A DNA stretch of 64,000 bases. Origin: Bacteroidota bacterium (GTDB lineage: Bacteria > Bacteroidota > Bacteroidia > Bacteroidales > FEN-979). A program made the position numbers and the translations under genes. Shown here in pieces: positions 18,359-27,356 of the stretch (its first letter is position 1; each line of letters opens with the position of its first letter). The notes under the pieces are model-generated. The model was not told where the DNA came from. It ran no database searches and worked only from the letters and a program-made list of their open reading frames with translations. The DNA lies in NCBI GenBank assembly GCA_026391715.1, contig JAPLDO010000233.1, positions 1,790 to 65,789 of the forward strand. The letters are read 5' to 3'.

Positions 18359-19446
18359 TTTGAATATTGTACTTTAATGATAAACTTGTTCTGTTTAGCT
18401 TCCGCTATTATAGTTTCAATTAAAAGGATTTGCGAAACTGAAAGACTATTGTTTTTGAAAAATTCAGAGAGTTCGCTTTTAGAGCTTGAAGAAGTAATGC
18501 CTCCTTTAAGTTTCGAAGATGTCAAACATAAAATAGCTTCACTTTTTATTTTCTTGCTATCTGCAGTTACTTCTGAAAGATTACAATACAAAATCATTTT
18601 TAGCAAACCATCTTTAATGTCGCCTTTTCTTGGAAGTATAACATTTTTGCTATGCTTTCCTTCAATTAAACTTACCTTGTTTTTAGCAATTAAAATTTCA
18701 TCCACTGTAAAAAAATACTGTCCGCCTAAATAGTTGTTTATAGTAACTTTTGCTTTTGATAATGTGGATAAACTTTCTTTTGGTTGAAAAGTTGCAAATT
18801 CTCTTGACTGTGCTTTCTCTGCTTTACCTCTTGAAAACTCCATAAACTGCGAAACATCTTTTCCGATTTTGTTTTGAAAGTTTTCAAGTCCTGAGAAGCC
18901 GTGCAGTTTAACTCCTGATGATTTTTCTATTGATGTATAAGATGTTTTTACTTTCTCAATAATGGAGTGAATATTTGTATTCAATTCATTTAAATTCCAA
19001 TGCAAGGCAGAACTGTGATATTGTTCAATCTCTTTAATCTTTGTAAGCACATATTTATTGTCAAACTGTTGGTTCGTAATTTTCTTATCTGCTTTGTCAG
19101 CTTTGTTGTAGTAAGCAAAAATCACGAACACATCAAGCAAACTCATAAGTGAAACGGTATCCCATTGGATATAATCTCTGTCACCTACTGCGCCTTCGTC
19201 CTTAACGATAGGAATTACAGTAATCTTTTTAGAAATGTTGAGCGTGTTGTAAACTCTTGCATACGGAAATGAACGGGTGCGTTTAGGTGAAACCCATCTT
19301 GAGATTGCAAAAGAATGTTTACCGTCATTGATAATGCAGGCAGTTGGTACTTTGTTAATGTCAAAGTTAACCGATTCAATTTTTTCAAGTTCGGTTGCAA
19401 GTAAAACTTTGTATGTTATTCCTGTAATTTTTCCTGATATATTCAT
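18355..19446 (-). CDS. Putative type II restriction endonuclease (PD-(D/E)xK-like)
   Basis: Overlaps the MTase start (ATGA); VDE...LIEGKH resembles a PD-(D/E)xK motif. Function is inferred from context. Confidence 0.62.
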   Translation of the reverse strand: MNISGKITGITYKVLLATELEKIESVNFDINKVPTACIINDGKHSFAISRWVSPKRTRSFPYARVYNTLNISKKITVIPIVKDEGAVGDRDYIQWDTVSLMSLLDVFVIFAYYNKADKADKKITNQQFDNKYVLTKIKEIEQYHSSALHWNLNELNTNIHSIIEKVKTSYTSIEKSSGVKLHGFSGLENFQNKIGKDVSQFMEFSRGKAEKAQSREFATFQPKESLSTLSKAKVTINNYLGGQYFFTVDEILIAKNKVSLIEGKHSKNVILPRKGDIKDGLLKMILYCNLSEVTADSKKIKSEAILCLTSSKLKGGITSSSSKSELSEFFKNNSLSVSQILLIETIIAEAKQNKFIIKVQYSK

Positions 19447-19450
19447 TTTG

Positions 19451-19458
19451 CAAATTTA
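19451..19458 (-). promoter_or_regulatory. Bacteroidota -7 promoter element for the R-M cassette
   Basis: TAAATTTG ending 4 nt before the ATG at 19446. Confidence 0.5.
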
Positions 19459-19504
19459 AAGTTTCGTTTCATTTTTATATTAGCACTGTCTGCCAATCTT
19501 TTTA

Positions 19505-19530
19505 AGCATGACACATAACGCCAAAATAAC
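19505..19530 (-). other. Array entry half-site (attI-like or secondary site)
   Basis: Minus: gtggttattttggc-G|TTATGTGTCATGCT. No upstream hairpin arm; sequence after G is complementary to the left end of site H. Confidence 0.68.
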
Positions 19531-19593
19531 CACAATACTATTTATGTCCAATTAAACCCAAGGTGTTTACATTCTGCAAAAGGGGTAATTCGG

Positions 19594-21060
19594 TTAATAT
19601 CCCGGATTTTGCACCAGCTTTGAATTTTTATCAAGCTCAGCTTGCGGGATAGGCCAAAAAAGCCTGTTTGGCGTGAGGTTATAACCTATTTTTTTACCAT
19701 CCGGTCCAACTGCATTGTTCATTACTTCAATCGCTCTTCCTGTGCGTTTGAGATCAAACCAGCGATGCGCTTCATAAGCAAGTTCGAGCCTTCTCTCCTT
19801 TTCAATGGCAAGCCTCATGGCATCCTGGGTTGTGGCAGGTGTATTCTGCAATTTTGCCCGACTTCTGATCTGATTAACAAGAGCTGCAGCGCCTGACAAA
19901 TCGTTTAGTTCGTTTAAAGCTTCGGCTTTTAGCAACAGAATATCAGCGAGGCGGATGAAGATGTAGTTTTGATCGCTTCCCGTCGTAAAATTCCGGTACT
20001 TGTTGATAAATGGATAGTGTGTTTGAGGCCAGTTCGGATCTGACCATTTTCCGGTTACATCCAGAAAAATAATGGAAGCGTTTTTTCTCAGAGTGTCTTG
20101 CTCATCGTCAAATGCTTTCGTCAAATCATTCGCAGGAAGGTTGAATTTTTTCCAATCCAATCCCCTGAAAATTGTAACGCCCCAATTACCATCGGTTATG
20201 CCGCCTGTATAGTTGATTTCAAAAATTGACTCTGCCGAATTTTTATTCTGATTGTTCCACAGATCATTGAATTCAGGCATCAGGCTGTATCCTCCGGAAA
20301 TTACCGCGTCACAATATTGGGAAACTTTTCCCCAGTCATGAGGCGACTGAGTTGCATAAACGTAGGCAAGCATTGAATTAACAGCGCCTCTTGTTACATA
20401 GCCCTTATTGACTGCAGTAGCCGGTACAACTGCAACAGCAGTTTCAAGATCGGCAATTATTTGCTTGTAAATCGTTGCCATTGCGGTACGCGGAGGAAAC
20501 AGGATAGGATAAATTTCAGCCAGATTACTTGAACTGATTGACTTTACCTCCTTCAACTGCAAGGGAACATCGCCCCAAAGTTGCACCAGTTGAAAATACA
20601 TGAAAGCTCTGATAAATGAAGCTTCTCCAATGATTTGCTTTTTTCGCTCCGGCGTAAGTACCGGGTCGGGACATGAGTTCACATTATTGATTACCAGATT
20701 TGTTTTTCCAATAGTGGAATATAGGTAACCCCAGTCGCGGCTGACATTTGAGTTGGTTGCGTCGAGTTTAAGAGCGTCAATCTGAAAATTGGCAGGATTA
20801 TCGCCGCCTGAATATGCATCGTCGGATTGGGCGTCGCCGTTTACGAAATAATCGAGCTGGTAATACTCGTTTTTAAAATCGCCATAAGCTCCGCCCAAAG
20901 CGGCTTCAACCTCCTCGGCATTTTTATATAAAACCGAATCGGAGCTGCTGTTTTCAATTGCAATTCCCTGCGATGTCGGTTTCAGGTCGAGAAATTTCGT
21001 ACATGACTGAAATGAAATTCCGCCCAGAATTATTATCGCTAAAATGATTATCCTTTTCAT
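19594..21060 (-). CDS. susD: RagB/SusD family lipoprotein
   Basis: MKRIIILAIIILGGISFQSC lipobox; RLADILLLKAEA, ERRLELAYEAHRWFDLKR, QNPGY. Confidence 0.95.
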   Translation of the reverse strand: MKRIIILAIIILGGISFQSCTKFLDLKPTSQGIAIENSSSDSVLYKNAEEVEAALGGAYGDFKNEYYQLDYFVNGDAQSDDAYSGGDNPANFQIDALKLDATNSNVSRDWGYLYSTIGKTNLVINNVNSCPDPVLTPERKKQIIGEASFIRAFMYFQLVQLWGDVPLQLKEVKSISSSNLAEIYPILFPPRTAMATIYKQIIADLETAVAVVPATAVNKGYVTRGAVNSMLAYVYATQSPHDWGKVSQYCDAVISGGYSLMPEFNDLWNNQNKNSAESIFEINYTGGITDGNWGVTIFRGLDWKKFNLPANDLTKAFDDEQDTLRKNASIIFLDVTGKWSDPNWPQTHYPFINKYRNFTTGSDQNYIFIRLADILLLKAEALNELNDLSGAAALVNQIRSRAKLQNTPATTQDAMRLAIEKERRLELAYEAHRWFDLKRTGRAIEVMNNAVGPDGKKIGYNLTPNRLFWPIPQAELDKNSKLVQNPGY

Positions 21061-21070
21061 ATTCCAAAGA

Positions 21071-24001
21071 TTAAAATTCAACATTGAATCCTGCAATAAG
21101 CGTTAAAGCCTGTGGATAGGTTCCATAGTCAATCCCCATTTCGGTAGCGCTGTTGCCGTAAGCATTTACTTCGGGATCGAAACCGGTGTATTTTGTGAAA
21201 GTAAGCAGGTTCTGACCAGTCACGAAGACAGATAGTTTTGGAACGCCTTTCAGTTTTTTTGGATTTTCAATAATTTTGTATGAAAGGGTGATGGATTTTA
21301 GTCTTACATAAGAGCCGTCTTCGACAAAACGAGTGGAGTTGCGAACATTTTCAGTGTTGTTTTTGCCCATCACTCTTGGAATATCGGTATAGCGGTTGTC
21401 TGGCGTCCATCGGTTCAGCACAGAAACCGACTGGTTTTTAGAATCGAACATACCTTCGAGGTCAATCCGTGTGGCATTGTAAATGTCATTGCCAACGCTG
21501 CCCTGAAAAAATATGGACAAATCGAATCTCCAGTATTTAAATGTGTTGGTGAATCCGAAGGTGTAGAGAGGTTGTCCGTGTCCGATAACAGTGCGGTCGC
21601 CTGCGTCAAGGCGTCCGTTATTATTAAGGTCGGCATATTTGATCATTCCGGTTTCCGGATCAACGCCTTCCGACACATAGCCGTAAAATGTTCCGAGCGG
21701 CATCCCAACCTGAACTATTGATACATTCTGGTTATTGCTGTAAATCCATCCGAAGGCATAAGGTCCGGGGTAAGTTAATTCTTTAACCATGTTACGATTG
21801 AACGAGAGATTAAAATCGGTGTCCCACCTGAGTTTTTTAGCAATGTTAACGGTGTTCAGATTAAATTCTATTCCTTTGTTTTCGATTGTGCCGGCGTTTG
21901 TCATAATGTTTGTAATCGGGCTGGAAGCGGGAAGCTGAACGGGCAGAATGACGTCATGGGTAATTTTATAATATACGTCAACATTGAAGGTAATCCTTGA
22001 ATTGAACATCGAAAGGTCTAATCCGATGTTTGTCTGGCTGGTTGTTTCCCATTTCAGATCAGGATTTCCGTAAGTTACCTGCACAGCGCTTGGACCTGAT
22101 AGCGGATCTGTACTGGCGCGAGGGTAGTAGTTAGTTAGTCCGTAGCGTGCATAATTTGGAATTCCTTCCTGGTTGCCGTTTTTACCCCAGCCGCCACGCA
22201 GTTTCAAATCATTAATTACTGTTATTTTTTTCATAAAGGATTCGGCAGAAATTCTCCAGGCAGCCGAAAACGCAGGCATTGTTCCCCAGGGATTTGCCAG
22301 TTTTGAAGAACCATCGCGGCGCAAACTAACCGTTAGATAATACTTGCTGTTGTAATCATAAGTAACCCTGCCAAAAAACGAAGCAAGCGCCCATTCCTCG
22401 ACATTTGTCCAGCCATAAACTTTATTAGCGGCATTTAACGTAGTAACCGAAACATCGGATGGAAAATCGTTACCTTCTAAATAGGTTTGATTGTGGTTAT
22501 AACGTTGAATACTTGCGCCAACGAGAGCGGCTATTTTATTTTTTCCGAAAGACTTTGTATAATTCAGCGTATTTTCCCAAAGCCAGGTCAGGTTGTTATA
22601 TTTATCGGAACGTCCTACTCCGTTCTTTACGCGACCATCGCTGGTGCGAAACGGATCGAGGTAATAATCCCACTGGTGGTTCAGGAAATCAATGCCGAAG
22701 TTGGTTGTGAAAGAGAAATCTTTAAGAAACGTTGCCGTTGCATTCACATTTCCAAACACTCGGAAATCAACCGATTTCTGGTCGGGACCCTGCATATATG
22801 CAATCGGGTTTTCCCAGGAATTCTGGAAAGGGTTGGGATCAAACTGACCGCTTCCGTCATTTTTGTAAACACTGAGAAATGGCGGCGTATTCAATGCGCT
22901 CATAATCACTCCGCCACGTCCTGAACTGGCGTTATCAGGTGTATCTTTTGTTTTAGAATAGATCATATTCAAACTTGTACCTATTTTCAACCAGTACCGT
23001 AACTCATTGTCGAGATTAAGCCGGAAAGAATACCGGTCAAACTGAGCAGGTTTTACAATTCCTGCCTCACTTAACACGCCAATAGAAGCAAAGTACTGGG
23101 TTTTCTCAGATCCTCCGGAGGCAGAAAGCTGGTATGACTGATTGTATCCTGTACCGAAAGTTTCTTTACTCCAGTCGGTATAACCGGTCCATGCGGGATT
23201 ATAAGTACCTGAATCCATCTCATCAATAAGCGCCCTGTATTGTTTTGTATTCAATACTTCGATGGGTTTGCGCAACCATGACATTCCAAAATAAGTGTTG
23301 AATTTGATAGTTGGAGTATTTTCCTTACCCCTGAAAGTTGAGATAGTCACCACGCCGTTTGCAGCCCTGGCTCCGTAAATGGCGGCTGAGGAGGCGTCTT
23401 TTAACACGCTCATTGAAGCGATATCGGAGGGATTCAACCCGCGGATGTCGGTTGTAGGTACGCCATCAACTACATAAAGAGGCTCATTACCTGCAAGAAC
23501 TGAAGTTGTGCCGCGTACATGAACCGAAATATTCGCTCCGGGTTTGCCCGAAGGCTGCACAACCTGTACGCCGGCAGCCTTACCCTGTAATGCCTGAGCG
23601 GCAGTGACAATAGGTCTATCTTCAATATCTTTCTGATCCACCACTGAAACCGCAGTTGTCAGGTCCTTTTTAACCTGAGCGCCATATCCAATAACCACAA
23701 TCTCATTCAGCGTACTTACATTTTCCTGTAACGCCACATTAATAATGGTCTGATCTTTCAACTTGATCTCTTGCGTGATATACCCAACGCAACTGAATTT
23801 TAACCCGCCTTTATCAGCATCTATCCTGAAAAGTCCGTTAACGTCAGTAGTTGTCCCTTTTGTGGTCCCGGTCAATTGAATAGTAACGCCAGGTATGGTG
23901 GAACCATCGGGACCGGTAACTTTACCTGTTATTTCGCGATTCTGGGCAAATACAGATAAAGATAAAACGGCAAATAAAACAAGTGTAAAGTGTTTAATCA
24001 T
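21071..24001 (-). CDS. susC: SusC/RagA TonB-dependent transporter
   Basis: VVIGYG, LKDASSAAIYGARAANGVV, NPDLKWETT, DYGTYPQ...GFNVEF. Confidence 0.96.
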   Translation of the reverse strand: MIKHFTLVLFAVLSLSVFAQNREITGKVTGPDGSTIPGVTIQLTGTTKGTTTDVNGLFRIDADKGGLKFSCVGYITQEIKLKDQTIINVALQENVSTLNEIVVIGYGAQVKKDLTTAVSVVDQKDIEDRPIVTAAQALQGKAAGVQVVQPSGKPGANISVHVRGTTSVLAGNEPLYVVDGVPTTDIRGLNPSDIASMSVLKDASSAAIYGARAANGVVTISTFRGKENTPTIKFNTYFGMSWLRKPIEVLNTKQYRALIDEMDSGTYNPAWTGYTDWSKETFGTGYNQSYQLSASGGSEKTQYFASIGVLSEAGIVKPAQFDRYSFRLNLDNELRYWLKIGTSLNMIYSKTKDTPDNASSGRGGVIMSALNTPPFLSVYKNDGSGQFDPNPFQNSWENPIAYMQGPDQKSVDFRVFGNVNATATFLKDFSFTTNFGIDFLNHQWDYYLDPFRTSDGRVKNGVGRSDKYNNLTWLWENTLNYTKSFGKNKIAALVGASIQRYNHNQTYLEGNDFPSDVSVTTLNAANKVYGWTNVEEWALASFFGRVTYDYNSKYYLTVSLRRDGSSKLANPWGTMPAFSAAWRISAESFMKKITVINDLKLRGGWGKNGNQEGIPNYARYGLTNYYPRASTDPLSGPSAVQVTYGNPDLKWETTSQTNIGLDLSMFNSRITFNVDVYYKITHDVILPVQLPASSPITNIMTNAGTIENKGIEFNLNTVNIAKKLRWDTDFNLSFNRNMVKELTYPGPYAFGWIYSNNQNVSIVQVGMPLGTFYGYVSEGVDPETGMIKYADLNNNGRLDAGDRTVIGHGQPLYTFGFTNTFKYWRFDLSIFFQGSVGNDIYNATRIDLEGMFDSKNQSVSVLNRWTPDNRYTDIPRVMGKNNTENVRNSTRFVEDGSYVRLKSITLSYKIIENPKKLKGVPKLSVFVTGQNLLTFTKYTGFDPEVNAYGNSATEMGIDYGTYPQALTLIAGFNVEF

Positions 24002-24020
24002 AGTGTGCTGGTTTAGTGGT

Positions 24021-25088
24021 TTATTTGAGAATCAGTTTCTGTGTTTTAGTCTCCCCATCAGATTTTACTGATAAAAAATAGATCCCTTTTGGGAGAACCG
24101 AAATATCAATATCCTTGCTGCTGTTATTGATTTGGAAGTGGAATACTTCCGCGCCGAGTAAATTATAAATAGTTCCCTTACCCGGCAGGACGGATGTAGC
24201 TTTGATAATAATTTTCCCGCACGTCGGGTTTGGGAAAAACAGTGACTTTTCAAAATTCCGGTTGATATCCTCGCCATCAGAGTCGTCAATGCCGATAGGA
24301 TATTGATAAACCCTTACATAGTCAATCATCATGCGCGCCGAGGTTAGCGCCGGATCAACGCCGTTTTTCAAACCTCCGGTTTCATACTGCGGGTCGCTAC
24401 CCATATTTCCGCCCATTGCAATATTCATTATCAGGAAAAAGGGAAGATCGAATGGCCATGTTGAAAGATTTCTCACAGTTGGCTTGTAGGTGTAATACAA
24501 AACGCTGTCAATGCTGAATTCAATTTTTTCGTAGGTCCAGTTCATCTGGTAAGTATGAAATTCGGAATTGGCTGTGCTGACAAATTTCTTTTTGAAATTC
24601 ACCATACTGCCTCCGTAGCTCGAAGGTGTATGCAAAGCGCATTGCACCCAACCGGGATCCTTGCCAACATGCTCCATTACATCAATTTCACCGCAGGCAG
24701 GCCAGCCTTTCGTGGCAAAATTTTCGCCGAGCATCCAAAGCGCGGGCCATGTTCCGCTGCCAACGGGAAGTTTGGCGCGAAAAACAACTCTTCCATATTT
24801 AATTTCCAATTTGTTGTTGGTAAGTAGCCTTGCTGATGTCCAGGAATTTCCTGACTTCAGAGCGTCAATAATCAGAAAGCCATTTTCCTGCCTCGCGTTT
24901 TGGTAGGAATTTGTATAATTCTGAATTTCATTGTTGCCCCATCCGCCACTTCCCAAATCATAAGACCATTTGGCTGGATCGGGAACCCCAATTCCGTTGA
25001 ATTCGTCGCTCCAGACGAGCGCTTCCTGCTGGGCAAAACTATTCTGTGAGAATAGGATCACGAAAAAAAATACTATCAGCGATTTCAT
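24021..25088 (-). CDS. GH16 endo-beta-1,3-glucanase (laminarinase-type) with T9SS C-terminal domain
   Basis: WSDEF, GWGNNEIQNYT, WPALWMLG, catalytic GEIDVME; C-terminal FPNP...LPKGIYF...KLILK. Confidence 0.92.
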   Translation of the reverse strand: MKSLIVFFFVILFSQNSFAQQEALVWSDEFNGIGVPDPAKWSYDLGSGGWGNNEIQNYTNSYQNARQENGFLIIDALKSGNSWTSARLLTNNKLEIKYGRVVFRAKLPVGSGTWPALWMLGENFATKGWPACGEIDVMEHVGKDPGWVQCALHTPSSYGGSMVNFKKKFVSTANSEFHTYQMNWTYEKIEFSIDSVLYYTYKPTVRNLSTWPFDLPFFLIMNIAMGGNMGSDPQYETGGLKNGVDPALTSARMMIDYVRVYQYPIGIDDSDGEDINRNFEKSLFFPNPTCGKIIIKATSVLPGKGTIYNLLGAEVFHFQINNSSKDIDISVLPKGIYFLSVKSDGETKTQKLILK

Positions 25089-25110
25089 AAAGGTTTGATT
25101 ATAGGTTATA

Positions 25111-25153
25111 AAAAAAACAGGAGCGAGGCAGAATCCGGCTCACTCCTGTTTTT
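25111..25153 (-). terminator. Intrinsic terminator-like hairpin between the PKD gene and GH16
   Basis: Minus: AAAAACAGGAGTGAGCC-loop-GCCTCGCTCCTGTTTTTTT. Confidence 0.7.
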
Positions 25154-25182
25154 GAATCAATCAAATTGATAACTGTTAAAAA

Positions 25183-26952
25183 TTAGCGTTCAAAAATAAT
25201 AGACCATGAAGCTGATCCGTCATGAGCTGCCGATATATCAACTGAAAGGAACATATACTCTTTGGTTCCTGAATAAGCATAACCCATTACTTCGTAAGTA
25301 TTGGTAGCTGAGCCAAAATTCGGAATGTCCACGCCATTATTTTCGCCGCCTTTAACGCCGCTTGCAATGCCATTGTATCCTTTATAGAATCCAGCGAATG
25401 CAGCCCCGGTTGCGCCATTTGTTAATGTTAAAATTGCTCTGTTATTACCGCTTGCAGGGGTAAGGGCATAAGCGTGTACGCCACTGCCGAATGCTGCGCC
25501 ATTACCGCTTGCCGCTATCTGAGCATCCGACCAACAGCCGTTTGGAGAACCAAAATAGCCATCGTTACGGGCGCTACCCATCGTTTTGTACTCATAGTTG
25601 GCACCTCCGCTGAAAATAAATTCATCGTCGGGCATACATGTCCAGTCGTCAACGCCTGAGCCTCCTGTGAGGAAGCTTTTTGGTAATGCCCACCAGTTGC
25701 TTTGTCCAAGCCCGGAGCCACAGAATACTGATTTTTCAGAAACGTAAACGTGCCAGGCTGCGCCCTCTAACAATGATTCGGTAAGGTCGGTAGTTGGAAT
25801 GAATAACATAGTTGAAGCAGTAGTTGTTCCATTTGCATTGGTGGCAGACAAAATGATATTATAAGGTCCTCCACTGTATGTATGAACAGGGTTTTGCTCA
25901 GTTGAGTTTGTACCATCGCCAAAATCCCAGCTATAAGAGGTTGCATCGGTTGTAGTATTGTTGAAGGTAACAACCAGACCAGACACCGAAGTAGTGAAAG
26001 CTGCATTTGGTTTGTTTCCTGGAATAGGTGGTTCCTGGGTAGGATCGTCATAATGCATCAGAACAAATCTCCAGTATCCACCTGTAAAAGTAGGATCGGC
26101 AGAATGGTAAATACCTTCAATTACGAGCGTATCAACAGGTCCGTCGGTTAGCAATATAATATTATAGGTGACATAGTCCTGAGGAACTTTTGCTTCGGCG
26201 TCGTTTCCTAATTTGAAAAAGCCAATGTATGCGCCCTTGCCAACAGCCTGAATTGTCGGAGTGGCTCCGGCAGTCAAAACAAAGGTATGATTTCCAGTGT
26301 TCCATGCAGAACAGTCGCCATTTATTCCCATCATTACATCGGTTGAGGTGCAGATATTATCAGGGGTGGGGAATATATCTTTTTCTGCCCAATAATCTCC
26401 CACAGCGTTAAATTTCATTGTGCCATTACGGTAAAATGTCCATTCATCATTTAACATACAAGGGCGTTTTGCAAGTTCGTCATTATTCAAACCTACAGCC
26501 CACCAAATAGTAGAGCGGTCAACAGGTCCGACCTGAAGCGGGTATCGCCCTGTTGCAGTACTGCGAAGCAACTTCCATGTTTTTGCGGTATCGCCAACAA
26601 GCATGGTCAAAAAGGCATTAGGATCGCTAATAGTAACTGGCGCTGAATATGTATCAGTAGCCCCTCCCGGTGACGTGGCTGTAAGTTTTACAGTGTAAAT
26701 ACCTACCGCTCCATATTTATGAACCGGATTAACTTCTGAAGACTTAGCTGTATTGTCGCCAAAGTCCCAGGAATAACCGGCAGCATTAGACGATGAATTG
26801 TTAAAATGGATCGTCATAAAATCAGTGTCGTCAGGCGTAGATAAAAAACTTGCAATTACAACATCCTCTGTTGTCTTCTTTTTGCAGCCAATCATGACCG
26901 GGATGATTAGCGCCAGGTAAATCATCCATTTGAACTTTGAAATGTTTTTCAT
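25183..26952 (-). CDS. PKD-domain lipoprotein, probable surface glycan-binding protein
   Basis: Lipobox IGC; two PKD domains (YSWDFGD...NPVH.Y), each followed by a related W-rich module (WWAV/WWAL...CM.DDE..F); first gene of the PUL. Confidence 0.8.
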   Translation of the reverse strand: MKNISKFKWMIYLALIIPVMIGCKKKTTEDVVIASFLSTPDDTDFMTIHFNNSSSNAAGYSWDFGDNTAKSSEVNPVHKYGAVGIYTVKLTATSPGGATDTYSAPVTISDPNAFLTMLVGDTAKTWKLLRSTATGRYPLQVGPVDRSTIWWAVGLNNDELAKRPCMLNDEWTFYRNGTMKFNAVGDYWAEKDIFPTPDNICTSTDVMMGINGDCSAWNTGNHTFVLTAGATPTIQAVGKGAYIGFFKLGNDAEAKVPQDYVTYNIILLTDGPVDTLVIEGIYHSADPTFTGGYWRFVLMHYDDPTQEPPIPGNKPNAAFTTSVSGLVVTFNNTTTDATSYSWDFGDGTNSTEQNPVHTYSGGPYNIILSATNANGTTTASTMLFIPTTDLTESLLEGAAWHVYVSEKSVFCGSGLGQSNWWALPKSFLTGGSGVDDWTCMPDDEFIFSGGANYEYKTMGSARNDGYFGSPNGCWSDAQIAASGNGAAFGSGVHAYALTPASGNNRAILTLTNGATGAAFAGFYKGYNGIASGVKGGENNGVDIPNFGSATNTYEVMGYAYSGTKEYMFLSVDISAAHDGSASWSIIFER

Positions 26953-26992
26953 TTTTTTTTAGATTTAATTGGTTAATAATAAATTATTTAGG

Positions 26993-27000
26993 CAAATATA
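26993..27000 (-). promoter_or_regulatory. -7 promoter element (TATATTTG) for the leftward PUL operon
   Basis: TAnnTTTG match about 40 bp upstream of the ATG at 26952; a second match (TAATTTTG) lies at 27089-27096. Confidence 0.5.
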
Positions 27001-27098
27001 ACAAAATAGGTATTAAGCATAAAATATCATTTAAGCTAATGGCTGTTTTTTCTTTTTTTTTAACCGGAATTTTTATACTATTGCATACCAAAATTACA

Positions 27099-27117
27099 TA
27101 GTGTAATTTGGACACTA
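27099..27117. promoter_or_regulatory. Predicted NrtR-family operator
   Basis: Perfect palindrome TAGTGT-AATTTGG-ACACTA, matching the GT-N7-AC core of NrtR/AraR sites, between the regulator and the divergent PUL. Confidence 0.72.
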
Positions 27118-27356
27118 AGGTACAAGGTTTTTTAATATGTTATCAGGTTTTTTAAAAAAAAGAAAAATATTTTTGCGTTGTATTCTATTTCTATGTAAAT
27201 ATCAGATATTATGACATTTAGACGTAACGTAATCATCATCCTCATATAAAAACATCAATTATACAAGTTGTAAATTCCCGTCATGTTCAATTTCTTTCTT
27301 GCAATTTTGCCTCTTTCTCAAAATAAATTTGCCAGTTATCCCTTAAAAATTTCAAA

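Larger units (their letters stand above)
7563..19519 (-). mobile_element. Integron-like gene cassette array without a linked integrase (CALIN-like)
   Basis: About 12 co-oriented, functionally unrelated genes separated by 7 hairpin sites bounded by TAAC...GTT cores, plus an entry half-site at 19505-19519. Ends of four cassettes are mutually complementary. No recombinase ORF in the window. Confidence 0.8.
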
